Source: Takakia lepidozioides (Eukaryota > Plantae > Bryophyta). Taken from it: a stretch of DNA of 64,000 nt. Shown here piece after piece: positions 1-12,437 of the stretch (the stretch's first letter is position 1; each line of letters starts with the position of its first letter). The notes under the pieces are model-generated. The model did not search any database and was not told the DNA's origin. It saw only the letters and a program-made list of their open reading frames with translations. The stretch is taken from the NCBI GenBank assembly GCA_030704615.1, contig CM060732.1, positions 37,944,001-38,008,000 of the forward strand, given 5' to 3'. The translations under genes were made by a program, and so were the position numbers.

Positions 1-2099
1 CGATTGAGAACTGCAAATCTGCTGATATAGGGTCCAAGAATCATGTGCACTGTCCACAATACTTGAACTGATGTGCTCAAATGGCACCTGCTTTTATGGA
101 CACAGTTGCCCATCAAATCAGGAAGCACATCGCTCTGAGCATTGTCTTATACATGTACCCATCATCCAGTAGTGTTGAAGATAAATGATCATAAATTCAA
201 TTGTACTTCTGAACTCATATCAAACGTGCTTTACCAGCTTCGCAATTGGCAAACCATGTCGGCCATCCCACTCCGCCAAGTCTTCGTCATACTTTGTGGC
301 CTACAAAAATGTTCAATGAATACCACAATCAAATCTCATTTAGAGGCGCCCTCCTTGCCTGCATGTTGACTCCTCATCTTGATTACCCAGGCAGCCCAAA
401 ATTCCTAAGCAATGTCGTTTTTGAGCTGGTTTGGACCGAGGCCCATTCAACAATATCTGAGCAGCTTCAACTTAAGTTTGTTGGATCTCAAAACATAATC
501 AATCCCTTGTTAGATAAGGTACACATTAGCCGTATCTTGTCGCTTGGTGATGCTCAAATGAGCAGTAGCTAGATTCACATTCGCCCAAATTATTCTTCAA
601 GATTGCATATGTGGTTTGGGGTTCTGAGTGCCTACCGGGTAGAGTGGGTCAATAGCTGCATCCTTCCCGTTGAGTCTAAGCGCCAAAAGAGTATATGCAT
701 CCACAGCTGCTTCGGCTGTCGGAAAGTCACGGACGGAGGGAGGATCGTGCTTTTTCGATCAGATGAATGTGGACATAGCACTAATTCAGCTACTATAATA
801 GCGCTAGGTAATGAATCTTCCATAGACATGGGGAGACTCTGTTCAGTCCACAGACGAAGGTGCTTGACGTCGAGAAGGAAATAATGAGTGCTTTGGAGAA
901 TGTCAAGCTATATAAAGAGGGCGATTAGCTGGACGTCGAAATCGAACTTATGAACTCTTTGGAGAGTCCCTACCGTTTCACCCGCTTGGACAATTTTGGC
1001 TTCTTGGTAGCTCTTTCTACGCTTTGATTTAATTCAACTGCACATCTGGGACCACGCCGTCCATTTGTCGGAGGTTCATGTGCGTTCGGCACGTCAGGTA
1101 AATCCTAAGCACTCATTATTTCCTTTTCGACGTCAAGCGAGTCATCACTTTCTTCTGTGGAATGAAGAGAATTTCCCCACGTCTCCATTGGCCCAAGTAC
1201 CACTTGCATCGCAGAGTTTTCAACTCCAAATACACCCACTTCAACACGTTGTTGCAGCAACCTTTTGTAAACGGAATTTTCGGTACCATGACCCAACACA
1301 ATGGGAGTTTGAGAAATCTTCGGTGCAGCTTGTTTTACGGGACCCACGGATTCAGTCTTCTCTCCGAGATGCATTGGTGAGAGCCCCTGAACTATTTTCA
1401 CCATGTCAATAGTGGAGCAATAGTGAAATCGGAAAAGGAATCTTGGACCACACGAATAGGTCTTTGTGCATCCTCCCGGTCCGGCGAAACCTAAATCTTA
1501 GAGGAAGAGGACTGTTGATCCTCACGTTCACCATTTTGGTAGAATCCCATGCATTCATGAATCAATGTCATCCTCAATACAGATCACATGGTTCGATGGC
1601 ATTTTTCATGCTGACGCGTGGTGAATCCTGCAACATCCCACTGATATTGCTCGAGGACGTAGGAAACAGAGCCCCAAGTTTGTTCAAAGATCTCCCACAT
1701 TGACGCACACCAGAGAATTCGATGGGATCGAAATGGAGGACGTCGGAAAAGAGCCCCAAGTTTCTGTTTCAAAGACCTCTTCCATTGATCGCACACCTAG
1801 AGCATTCGCCAGCCGGGGGTCGAGCACATACTCTTATTCAACCCACATTTCACTGAGATCGTCATCTTGTGGACGCACTTCTGAATTCTCCAGTAGTTAA
1901 TTTGTTGCAGGCTCCACATTATTTTCAAAAATTTAAGAGAAACCAGCGCCAATCAATTGGGGATGATCGATGTGCAGATGATCTATGGAACTCCAAGCCC
2001 AAATTACTAGTCACTCTCTGCTATCCCCGCAGACGTAAGAAATTCCTCAATCCAAGATTCTCTGCTCTTGTTTGACTTCATATTGGAATAACTTCAGGG

Positions 2100-3470
2100 A
2101 ACGCAAAGCTAAGAGCGATGGCAGTAGATTTACAACCTGTAGCACAAACTTGTTAAGACAGTACAGCTCATCTCGACCTAACTCAATTCTCTGATCCCAG
2201 GTGAGATCAGGAGCACTGTGCTGCAGCGAACACAACACAACGAGAATGAGCGAGTAAAGCAAACTTGAAATCTCTCTTACAGCACAAGTGCAAAAGAGAC
2301 GATGCCCACTAGTTCCGAACTTCACTCCCCAGACCTTGGGATACCTACCGTCGATTGACACTATCGGACGGCCACAGAAAAAGGAAAATTTCCCTCAGAC
2401 AATATGGGTAGTTCCCGAACTTCACTCCCCAGACCTTGGGAAACGTACCGTCGATTGACACTATCGGACGGCGAGAGAAAAACACAATTTTCCGTTACAC
2501 AATACGGGTAGTTCCGGAACTTCACTCCCCAGACCTTGGGAGACGTACCGTCGATCGACACTATCGGACGGCGAGAGAAAAACACAATTTTCCGTTACAC
2601 AATATGGGTAGTTCCCGAACTTCACTCCCCAGACCTTGGGATACGTACCGTCGATTGACACTATGGGACGGCGAGAGAAAAACACAATTTTCCATTACAC
2701 AATATGGGTAGTTCCCGAACTTCACTCCCCAGACCTTGGGATACGTACCGTCGATTGACACTATCGGACGGCCAGAGAAAAACACAATTTTCCGTTGCAC
2801 AATATGGGTAGATCCCGAACTTCACTCTCCAGACCTTGGGAAACGTACCGTCGATTGACACTATCGGAAGGCGAGAGAAAAACACAATTTTCCGTTACAC
2901 AATACGTAGTTCCGGAACTTCACTCCCCGGACCCTAGGAGACGTACCGTCAATCGACACTATCGGACGGCGAGAGAAAAACACATTTTTCCGTTACACAA
3001 TATGGGTAGTTCCCGAACTTCACTCCCAAGACCTTGGGATACGTACCGTTGATTGACACTATCGGACGGCGAGAGAAAAACACAATTTTCCGTTGCACAA
3101 TATGGGTAGTTCCCGAACTTCACTCCTTGGGATACGTACCATCGATTGACACTATCGGGCGGCGAGAGAAAAAACACAATTTTCCGTTACACAATATGGG
3201 TAGTTCCCGAACTTCACTCCCCAGACCTTGGGATACGTACTGTCGATTGACACTATCGGACGGCCAGAGAAAAAAACAAAAATTTCCCTTAGACAATATG
3301 GGACGTTAGGTCGACAATCGAACGGTGAGCAGACAATCGCGTGTGCCGCGGTAAAATCTCAAATCCCCTCGTGGGGAGGGCGACGGCGATTGCAACTCCT
3401 CGCATATATTAATCGCTCCTTCTCATTTGCTTCTGATCACTGACATGTTGTGTGGGCTGGCTCTCTGATG
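2100..3470. repeat. Dispersed repeat of an unclassified family (copy 1), related to 10885-11570
   Basis: 2100-2300 (gcaaagctaagagcgat...acaacgagaatga...aaagcaaact) and 3301-3465 (ggacgtta...aatcgaacggtga...gtgggctggctc) match 10885-11570 in the same order. Boundaries approximate. Confidence 0.75.
2309..3302. repeat. Tandem array of ~10 copies of a 100-bp unit
   Basis: The unit gtagttcccgaacttcactccccagaccttgggatacgtaccgtcgattgacactatcggacggcgagagaaaaacacaattttccgttacacaatatgg recurs; gacactatcgg-type anchors fall near 2358, 2458, 2558, 2658, 2758, 2858, 2956, 3056, 3148 and 3250. Confidence 0.95.
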
Positions 3471-3883
3471 CCACGGGATGTTTGTTTTCGGCTCCTCACA
3501 CTTCAGCAGAAGAAGGGCTCTTGAGAACTTGCAGGACCATTCCAGCTAGTCCACTATTGGCAACCTGAGAAGAGATGGAAGTGACTAGCCAGTACTATGA
3601 CGTCCTTTTGTTCTTCGATTTGGGAGCTTATTGATCAGGCTGAGATCAAAGGCAATGCAGTTGTTCAAACTTTTCCGCGAGGGTTGAATTAACCGTTATT
3701 GCATTTGTCCAGGGATCCATGATCATAAAAGAGGTTTTGGTGTTTGGTTTTGCTACGCCACATTCCAGCCAAGGCTGCATCAAGGTCTTGTACCGGCTCG
3801 TCACTTCCATCGCTTCTCATCAGGTTGCCAATAGTGGATACGTAGACTAGCTCGAATGGTCCTGCAAGTTCTATAGAGCCCTT

Positions 3884-4121
3884 TGTAAGATTCAGCATAC
3901 TGGAATACTTTACTAAGGAGGAACATCAGGAATACAATACTCTTAACGGGTTCCCTATTTATCTAAGAGCTAGCATTGATTGCCGGTAGGTGGCACTAAA
4001 CCCGATTAGCTGGAATTCAGCTAATGCTTACCAACTGGATGACTCTTACTTAATAAAGGGATAAAGCAAACATGTGTCACCCTGGTGGGACCATGCTGAT
4101 ATTAGCTTTCTAAATCTAACA
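3884..4121 (-). repeat. 3' LTR of copia element (238 bp)
   Basis: tgtaagattcagc...aaatctaaca; differs from the other LTR by about 3 substitutions and 1 indel. Confidence 0.95.
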
Positions 4122-4132
4122 CCCCCTCTCAA
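4122..4132 (-). promoter_or_regulatory. Polypurine tract of copia element
   Basis: ccccctctcaa (minus strand TTGAGAGGGGG) abuts the 3' LTR. Confidence 0.85.
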
Positions 4133-4134
4133 TA

Positions 4135-7100
4135 TCAGCATCTTTCTTCTAGGGTTCTGCACTTGAGTTTCGAAAGACTGCAAACACCTAGAGCTGCTCT
4201 AAATTTCTCGAATTTCTGTCTGCCAAGAGGTTTAGTCATAATATCTGCAACTTGTTCTTGTGACGCAACATGCACCAGGTCGACTTCTTCACTTTCCACT
4301 TTCTCACGAATATAATGGTAATGAACCTCGATATGTTTTGTACGAGCGTGAAATACTGGGTTGCGAGCAATTTTTGCGCTACTATGATTGTCACAGTTTA
4401 TAACAGTAGGACCATCCTCCAAAATTCCGAGTTCTTTATAGAGTCTTCTTAACCAAATTGTCTCCTTAGCACCCTCGGTGAGTGCACGATACTCAGCTTT
4501 TGTTGAGGACAATGCAACGGTAGGTTGCTTTTTCGAACTCCAAGTTACTGCACCATCACCCATTCTGAAGACATAACCTGAGGTTGAGTGTCGACTATCA
4601 TTATCGCCAGCCCAGTCGGCATCTGTGAAACCACTTAAAGCGATGTTCACTCCTCTCTTGTATAGCAGCCCGTAGTCAACTGTTCCAGCCACATATCGAA
4701 GAATGTGATCAACAACATCCATGTGAGCTGTTTGTGGCGACTCCATGTACCTACTCACTGCTCCGACAGGATACACAAGATCAGGTCTTGTGTTTGTCAA
4801 GTATACTAGCTTGCCAACTTTCCTCCTGTATAGAGTTTGATCAGAAGGTGCAGTGCCCATATCCATAGAGAGTTTAAGGTTCTCGATCATGGGAACAGTG
4901 TGAGGATTGCAATCAGAAAACCCAAACTCCTCAAGCATTTTTTTAATATACCCCCTCTGCGTGATCATGATGCCTTCTTCAAGGTGAGCCATCAGCCTTT
5001 TGCTTCACTTTATACACCCATTTCGAAGTGATTGGGGTTTTCCCAGAGGGCAAATCAACCAGCTCCCAGGTCTGGTTCTTCGCAATTGAATCCATTTCGG
5101 ATTGCATTGCATCTTGCCACCCTGCAATCTGTGAAGCTTCATGGAAGCTCTCAGGTTCACTGATCTCGGCAATGTTGACATAGTCATCAAGAAGACATGG
5201 CCGTCGTCGAATCCTCCTTGATTGACGTTGAATTTCTTGCTCTGGATCAGGTTGAGCTGGTAGCTCGGGTGCTGGCTTGACATCAGCTACAGGTAATTCC
5301 CTCTCAATCGGCAGATTGTTCTCAGAGTCGATGTCAAGGTCAACATGTATATCAATAGCAAGGGGAAATAAGGGTTCGGGTGGAACCTCAACTGGCTGTG
5401 ACAGTGTGCCAGACAGATCGTCTTCTTCATGTTGCTCTTGGAGTGAAGCTGAATGTCTTTCTAATATAGGGATATCTCCTTGTGCGGGAATCCTCTCAAT
5501 GAATATAACATCTCTACTAACAAAAACTTTTCTAGTAGAGGGATTGAACAGTCTGTACGCCTTGGTTTCTGTATCATAACCCACTAGCATGCAAACTATC
5601 GACTTAGCATCAAGTTTTCCTCTGTATTGTTGGTCAACATGAACATAAGATTTGCTGCCAAATATCTTAAGATGAGATAAGCGGGGTTTGATACCTGAAA
5701 TTTTTTCATAGGGTGTCATTTCTTCATTGGCAGATGATGGACTTTGATTGAGAAGATATGTAGCTGTGTTGACAGCTTCTGACCACAAGTATTTGGGAAG
5801 ATCCGCCTCCAAAACCATACTTCTTGCTCTCTCTAGTAACGTGCGGTTCTTGCGCTCAGAAACACCATTTTGTTGTGGTGTTCTAGGTTGTATCAGCTGG
5901 CGTGTAATCCCATGGGACTGCAAGTAAGCACTAAATTCGTGAGACAAGAACTCGCCTCCGCGGTCTGAGCGTAAGCACTTTATCGTCTTCCTTGTAGCAT
6001 TTTCTATCATCTGTCGGAAGATCTTGAATTTCTGCAGTGCTTCGTCCTTTCTTCTCAGAATTATACCCACGTATATCGACTAAAATCGTCGGTTATTGCC
6101 ATGAAATATTTTGATCCTGAGAGAGATGGGACTTGCAGCAGTCCACAAAGGTCTATGTGCAGCAGCTCAAGGATTTCGGTAGCCTTGTGTTCTGCTTTCT
6201 TCGAAAATTGTTTTCGTTGGTGCTTTCCGAGCAAGCAACCTGTGCAAGATTCTATGAGGAGGGGTAGATGAGGTAAGCCTATTGCTCTTTGTTGTGTGGA
6301 CATTTTGTGAAGGCCTTGAAAATTTAAGTGTCCTAGTCGTCTATGCCAGAGTCTAGCCATTCTACCGTGATCTATTTGTTTCACAAGCATTTGCTTCTAT
6401 CTTTCTACTGGAATCTAGAGAATTGACAAAGCTGCTGGTGTCTAAATTATATAAGCCATTTCTCCTATTTCTAGATCCATGTGCTACTATTCTCTTAGTG
6501 TTATTTTTATCTACAAACAAACACTTTCTATTGTCAAAGATAGCCACGTGACCACTGTCACAGATTGCTCCAACTGAAAATAGATTCCGCTTCAGACTCG
6601 GTACGTAAAGAACATTAGATATCTTCGTTATTGATCCGTTCATGTTTACCTTGGCATGGCCTTTGCCAAGAATAGTATGTGCATGCCCACCGGCAGAGCT
6701 AACATTGTGTTGTGAGCTTCCTGATGCTACTACATCATGCACCAGATCTGGATTTCCAGTGATATGTCTCGAAGCACCAGAGTCAACAATCCACTCTGTT
6801 TCGGTGATCTCAGCAGAGAGGGCCTCATCTTCGTCTGCTATTTCTATTGCCGCTAAAGCTGCTTCAATGACATCGGCTGCATCATTGTACTCACTATCGC
6901 TGTTCTCCTCAACAAGATGGACTCGCAGATGTGCACGAAGTTTGAGTACTTCGTCATATGGAACTGCACAATCTTTCACCCAGTGACCGATCTTTCCACA
7001 TCGATTGCAGGTTGATGTCTTCTTGTCATGGGATGTGTGTCCAGAAGCTCGTTTGTTACCAAAACGTCTGCCGGGAGCCTCCATCTTTTGAAACTTGACG

Positions 7101-7720
7101 AAAAGAGCTTCTGTGTCTTTCTGTTGCCGGCCTCTTAGCTCTCTGCGATTTTCTTCTTGGAGCAGTTTGGCAGTGAGCTCGTCCATGGTTGGTAGGTCCT
7201 TCTGGCTTGCCACTGCTTGCACATAGTAGTCGTAACTCTCGGGTAAGCTGTTAAGCACCATTTTGACCAGCATTGTATTGTCAATCTTCTCACCACATCC
7301 TGCAAGCTGGCTCACAAGATCAGACACATTTTCCATGAATGATTCCATGGTCGTTCCTTCTTCCATTTTGAGGTTAGCAAGACGGTTTCGGATTAGCAAC
7401 TTCCTGGAGATAGACTTGACTTCATAAAGCTCACAAAGTTTGAGCCACATTTTCCTTGGACAGTCAATATCTTGAATGTAAGGAATGACTTTGTCAGAAA
7501 AGTTCCTACATATTAATGCAAGAGCTTTGTGGTTCCTTTTGTTATGGACCTCTAGTTGTCCCTCAGGAGGTGAGACATCAGACTCCAGAAATGTAAGCAA
7601 GTCATCACTAAGAGCTAGAGTACGGAGTTTAAACTTCCATATGCTCCAGTTGGACTGTCCAGCAAGTTTGCTGGATTCTATAACATGCAAGTGGTGGTTT
7701 GCATCTAGAGGGAGAGACAT
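4135..7720 (-). pseudogene. gag-pol: Copia gag-pol polyprotein, frameshifted and internally deleted
   Basis: Gag UBN2-like region and CNRCGKIGHWVKDC knuckle; protease WIVDSGAS; LWHRRLGH GAG-pre-integrase; integrase HIDLCG/DDFSR/LRSDRGGEF/PQQNGVSER; RT start (WELVDLP...KWVYKVK) joined directly to RT end (TRPDL) and RNase H (FTDADWA, RTKHIE, ADIMTK). Frame breaks near 6365, 6062 and 4985. Confidence 0.95.
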
Positions 7721-7941
7721 CTTGAGATATTTATCGACACAGATAAGAAGGTTAGTACAGAAGACAAAATTATAAGAACAACAAGCAACGTTAGCACGAT
7801 CCGAAGGTTAGTATGATAACAAGAAAAAGAAATATGATAAAAAAAAATCTGACTCCTAGTCAGTAGGACGAAGCAGAGCTCCCACGCCCAGACAAGTCTT
7901 CCTACAGCGACCTGTGAAGCACTTCGATTTCCACGGCCCTA

Positions 7942-7953
7942 GCTCTGATACCA
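7942..7953 (-). promoter_or_regulatory. Primer-binding site (initiator tRNA-Met)
   Basis: gctctgatacca = TGGTATCAGAGC on the minus strand, adjacent to the 5' LTR. Confidence 0.95.
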
Positions 7954-8192
7954 TGTAAGATTCAGCATACTGGAATACTTTACTAAGGAGGAACATCAGG
8001 AATACAGTACCCTTAACGGGTTCCCTATTTATCTAAGAGCTAGCATTGATTGCCGGTAGGTGGCACTAAACCCGATTAGCTGGAATTCAGCTAATGCTTA
8101 CCAACTGGATGACTCTTACTTAATAAAGGGATAAAGCAAACAGGGTGTCACCCTGGTGGGACCATGCTGATATTAGCTTTCTAAATCTAACA
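7954..8192 (-). repeat. 5' LTR of copia element (239 bp)
   Basis: Near-identical to 3884-4121 and followed by TSD CCCTT. Confidence 0.95.
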
Positions 8193-8746
8193 CCCTTCTC
8201 CGACTGAAGTGTGAGGATTCAAGAACAATGATCTTGTGGCATCGGGTTCCAGGTTGAGCAAATTTCTAGATTGCTTATAGACACCAAGTAGGACAGAAAA
8301 GTATAAGAAGGAGATCAGCGACTCATTGCAATGTACTTCAACAGAACTGACCAAAACTACGGCGACTAACTCCGTCTGTAGAAGACTAGAAGATAAAGTT
8401 TCTTGTCACTCTGTACTAGTGCTTCACCCCCGAGCTCTCTATGTATGGCAGTTGTAGAGGCGGATCCCGAAGTAGTTGCCCCAACCACGAAGGATTGGGT
8501 TTACCAATCCGATCACCCGGTAAGGTCAATTTATTAACCGTATTACTACCAAATCCTCGTATTTGGTTTCTGTGCGCCGCTGTCTCTTCTCCATCGATTT
8601 GGCATATCTCTTGATGTGTAAATATCTCTATTTGTTGAACCTACCACAACCATCCAGAATTGACGAGTCACTCGTGGTGATAGAAGGAGACTGTCTATTT
8701 ATAGTGACTAACTTCTTAATAATTAAATGTTCACTTACTACGTTTT

Positions 8747-9125
8747 TGTAAAATTCAGCATACTGGAATGCTTTATTTGTGAGGAACATAAAACCGGAAT
8801 GCAAGACCCTTAACGGGCTCCCTATTTATCTAAGAGCTTGCATTGATTGCCATTAGGTGGCACTAAACTCTATCAGCTGGATTTCACCTAATACTTAATG
8901 CAAGACCCTTAACGGGTTCCTATTTATCTAAGAGCGCATTGATTACCATTAGGTGGCACTAAACTCTATTAGCTGGATTTCACCTAATACTTACCAACTG
9001 GTTGACTGCCACTTAAATACAGGAAAGAGATAAAGCAAACAGACGGTCACCCTTCTAGGATCATGCTGATATAGCTCTCTAAAGCTATCAATATCAGCAT
9101 CTTTCTTCTAAGGTTCTCTACTTGA
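8747..9125 (-). mobile_element. Diverged truncated copy of the same copia family (3' LTR plus end of coding region)
   Basis: tgtaaaattcagcatactggaat... matches the LTR, with an internal ~97-bp tandem duplication (aatgcaagacccttaacggg...cacctaatactta twice). It is followed by atatcagcatctttcttcta as at 4133. Confidence 0.85.
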
Positions 9126-9589
9126 TTAAGGTAGAAGATGGAAATTTAGAAGGCTATTTCTTGTAACACCTAAGTTATCATAAAAAATATCTTTACCCTA
9201 AATTCTTTTTGTTATTGAGTTTAAAAAAAATGGAGTCTATGTGAGGATGACCTCCGACGATTCAGTATTCGGTTATCAAACAAATCCAAAGTTTATTTTA
9301 ATCAAATAACATAATAAAGATAATAGAAATAATGTAAGAACTTCATGCACACGTGCAACCTTTGAGCTCAGCCAGCATGATATGCGGTTTTTGTCAAAAC
9401 TTCCCCACCCTCTCTTGAGAATGACGTGGAACTCAAGGAGTGTAAACTTCAGTCAGGGTTATATTGGGTTACACGACGAGGTGTATTACAAACATAGTCA
9501 TTTTACACTAACCAACACACTTATTACACATACATGCACAACATAAGTGGTTTGATTGTATATAACCATAACAAACTTTGAAATATAAA

Positions 9590-10043
9590 GAGTGTGACAC
9601 GTCTAGTCATAGTCATATATACCGTCACAGTCCCACTCATGTAGTCATGTGAGTCATGTAGTAATACATGACTATGACATGTCATCCAATCATAGACATG
9701 TGTACATGACACCTCATCCTATCTTAGACGTACTCATGACTTTTAGTTGTATGTATCGTGACATGTCATCATATCCTAGACATGCACATGACTGTTAGTC
9801 ATATTTCCTGTGACATGACATCATATCCTAGACATGCACACGACTGTTAGTCATATGTCCCTTAACATGTCATCACATCCTAGACTTGCACATGACTGTC
9901 AATCATATGTCCCGTCATATGTCCGTTTGGGAAATATTTTATTCATTTCTAACTGCATTCACGACTGCGTAGTCATGCATTTAGTCAGATGTGCCATGAC
10001 TACGCGAAAGCCGCAGTCATGAAACCCAGCTTCTCGTGTAGTG
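9590..10043. mobile_element. CACTA transposon end with subterminal repeats
   Basis: Dense catgac/gtcat repeats (~52-bp period) end in ttctcgtgtagtg, whose reverse complement is CACTACACGAGAA. No partner end found. Confidence 0.55.
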
Positions 10044-10249
10044 AATGGAGTTTATGTCAGGATGCCCTCCGGCGGTTTAGTATCCGGTTATCAAACAAAT
10101 CTAATTTTATTTTATAACATAAAATAGCCCAAACTAAAAATCTAATGTATTAAAATTATACTAATGAAAAAATGTGTGCCCCTCTGAACGTGAGGAGTAG
10201 AAATGAAATGAAGACAGACTAGCTCATGCTAATGGCCGCCTCCATTATG

Positions 10250-10531
10250 TCAATTAAATGAATAACTGGCTTTGATCCAGATTATAACCTCCGGTTTTCA
10301 ATGCCGGGTATAACCTGCTTCTTTTGGCCATTAGTTTTGGTTCAAATCAAATTTAAAAAAAATACAAATCACCAGTTCTCAGCCGGATCCGCTTATCCCA
10401 TCTTTTTAGATCCGGCGGTTCTTATCGGAGGCGGATATTTGATTTTTTGACCTCCGGCAGATCCATATTTATATATCCGGGTTGGGACCTGTCGGGGGTT
10501 TGCGGCTGAATCAAATATCCGCGCAACACTG
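10250..10531. mobile_element. Possible hAT-derived MITE end
   Basis: Many ccgg/atccg subterminal motifs ending in gcgcaacactg (reverse complement CAGTGTTGCGC, hAT-like). Other end not identified. Confidence 0.35.
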
Positions 10532-10884
10532 GTAGCACCTTATGTGCGGTGGCAATTTTTTTTTTAAAGGTAATTATTTTGATTTTTCACCTTGGGGGTC
10601 ATTTTTTGCAAGAAATTCAAACTTATCCACTGGGCGCTTAGGGGTTAGAGAGAGAAGGAAGCCCATGCAAATGTATGACTCATGTGGACTGGCATACATG
10701 AGGCAAGAAGCGTTAAGTTATATATACATTACACGAGACCTCATATCCAAGTCTTCACTCCCTTTTTAGTGTTTGCACTAAGTGCTCTACTCCCACAAGC
10801 CTAACTTGCATCTCTATGCGTTGAGACGGTATGTGGGCAATGCCTTGAGGTTTGTGAGATTTTATGGTGACTACCGATCTTGAT

Positions 10885-11570
10885 ATCTCTCTTATAGCAC
10901 AAGCGCAAAGCTAAGAGCGATCATAGTAGATTTACCACCTGCAGCAGAAACTTGCTGAGACAGTAGAGCTCACCCCGAACTAATTCAATTATTTGATCCC
11001 ATGCGGATCAGGAGCACTTTGTTGCAGCAAACACAACACAACGAGAATGACCGAGTAAAGCAAACTCGAAATCTCTCTTATAGTACAAGCGCAAAGCCAA
11101 GAGCGATCAGAGTAGATTTACTACCTGTAGCAGAAACTTGCTGAGATAGTAGAGCTCACCCCGAACTAATTCAATTCTCTAATCCCATGCGAGATCAGGA
11201 GCACTGTGCTGCAGCAAACACAACACAACGAGAATGACCGAGTAAAGCAAACTCGAAATCTCTCTCATAGCACAAGCGCGTCGGATGGCAAAAGAGACGA
11301 TGCGCACGAGTTCCCAGTCCCCAGACATTGCGATCCAGACCGTCGATTGACACTATCGGACGGCCAGAGAAAAATGAAATATCCTTTTACACAATTTGGA
11401 CGTTACGTCCATAATCGAACGGTGAACAGACAATCTCAATCCCAGAGTGTGGGGAAGGCGATGGTGATTGCAAGAGAGAGCTCCTCGTTAATATTAAACA
11501 CTCCTTCTCATTCCCCTCTAGACACCAAACTGATCATTGACATGCTCGGGGTTTCATATCGTGGGCTGGC
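10885..11570. repeat. Dispersed repeat copy 2: tandem ~195-bp duplication plus a single copy of the 100-bp unit
   Basis: tctctcttatagcacaagcgcaaagc...aaagcaaactcgaaatctctc occurs twice, then cccagac...cgtcgattgacactatcggacggccagagaaaaa once (~11310-11400), then the same flank as 3301-3465. Confidence 0.8.
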
Positions 11571-11704
11571 TCACTGTCTATGTAGATTCTATCAGTTTTG
11601 TTGAAGTTCATTGCGATCAGTTGGTGTTCTCCTTCTTCTTCTTCTTTTATTTGGTGTCTATAGAGACTTTCAGCCTTCTCGGACTGTACATTCACTTGGG
11701 TGAA

Positions 11705-12437
11705 TGCAGGGGTTGACTGAACCAAAATGGACGTTACCAGCACAGTTTTAGATGACTGCAATTGATGGTGTCATCAATTGAAATTGAATTAGCTCATTAA
11801 AACCAGAAAATATATATGTCATTGGATTCCTAGCTTCAATACGCACCCATAGCAACTCTCCAATCATGAATCCGATAAGAAATGACTCCGCTATGGACTT
11901 TTGAACACCGTCATTATGGACTATTACCACAATAAATGGAATTACAATGGACTCAAGTTCTCCTATGTGCCATTGATGAATTCCATTGAAATTTGGACAT
12001 AAGGTGGCCATTTTGGTCCACATCATAGGTATGGATTTGAAGTGGCAAAATCATTTGTCATTTGACTCATATGGACTAGTATATGTCAAAAAAATAGGCG
12101 TTTTTTGAAAAGTCCATAGCTCATCTTGATTTTTGGATTTTGGGTGTCACTTTTTTTCTAGAAGTATAAAAACCTATAATCTTCAATGGCTAGGTGTCAT
12201 ATTGAATTTGTTTTGTAAACTCTTACTTTTAGTTTTTCATCATTTCTCTAAATAATATACTAAAATATTTAATGAATTATATATTTAATATTTGGGGTAG
12301 GACTCTTTACTAAATATGTTCAGTATACCATTATCTATCACTAAAAAAAATTTTGGGATAGTATCCTCAACTTTTGTTTTTTGGTCATGGACTTTCATGG
12401 AGCAGGATCTGCCGTTTTTGGTCCACTCAACCCTGCA
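11705..12437. mobile_element. MITE-like element with imperfect TIRs
   Basis: Left tgcaggggttgactgaaccaaaatgg; right ccgtttttggtccactcaaccctgca (reverse complement tgcagggttgagtggaccaaaaacgg). AT-rich interior; no clear TSD. Confidence 0.45.

Larger units (their letters stand above)
3884..8192 (-). mobile_element. Ty1/copia LTR retrotransposon, non-autonomous (RT core deleted)
   Basis: TG...CA LTRs at 3884-4121 and 7954-8192, 5-bp TSD CCCTT (3879-3883, 8193-8197), tRNA-Met PBS, PPT, and gag-PR-INT-(RT)-RNase H order on the minus strand. Confidence 0.97.

Noticed and set aside
2309-3302. CRISPR array or repeat-encoded proteins
   Set aside because: Units are near-identical along their whole length with no unique spacers; the ORFs are artefacts of the 100-bp periodicity.
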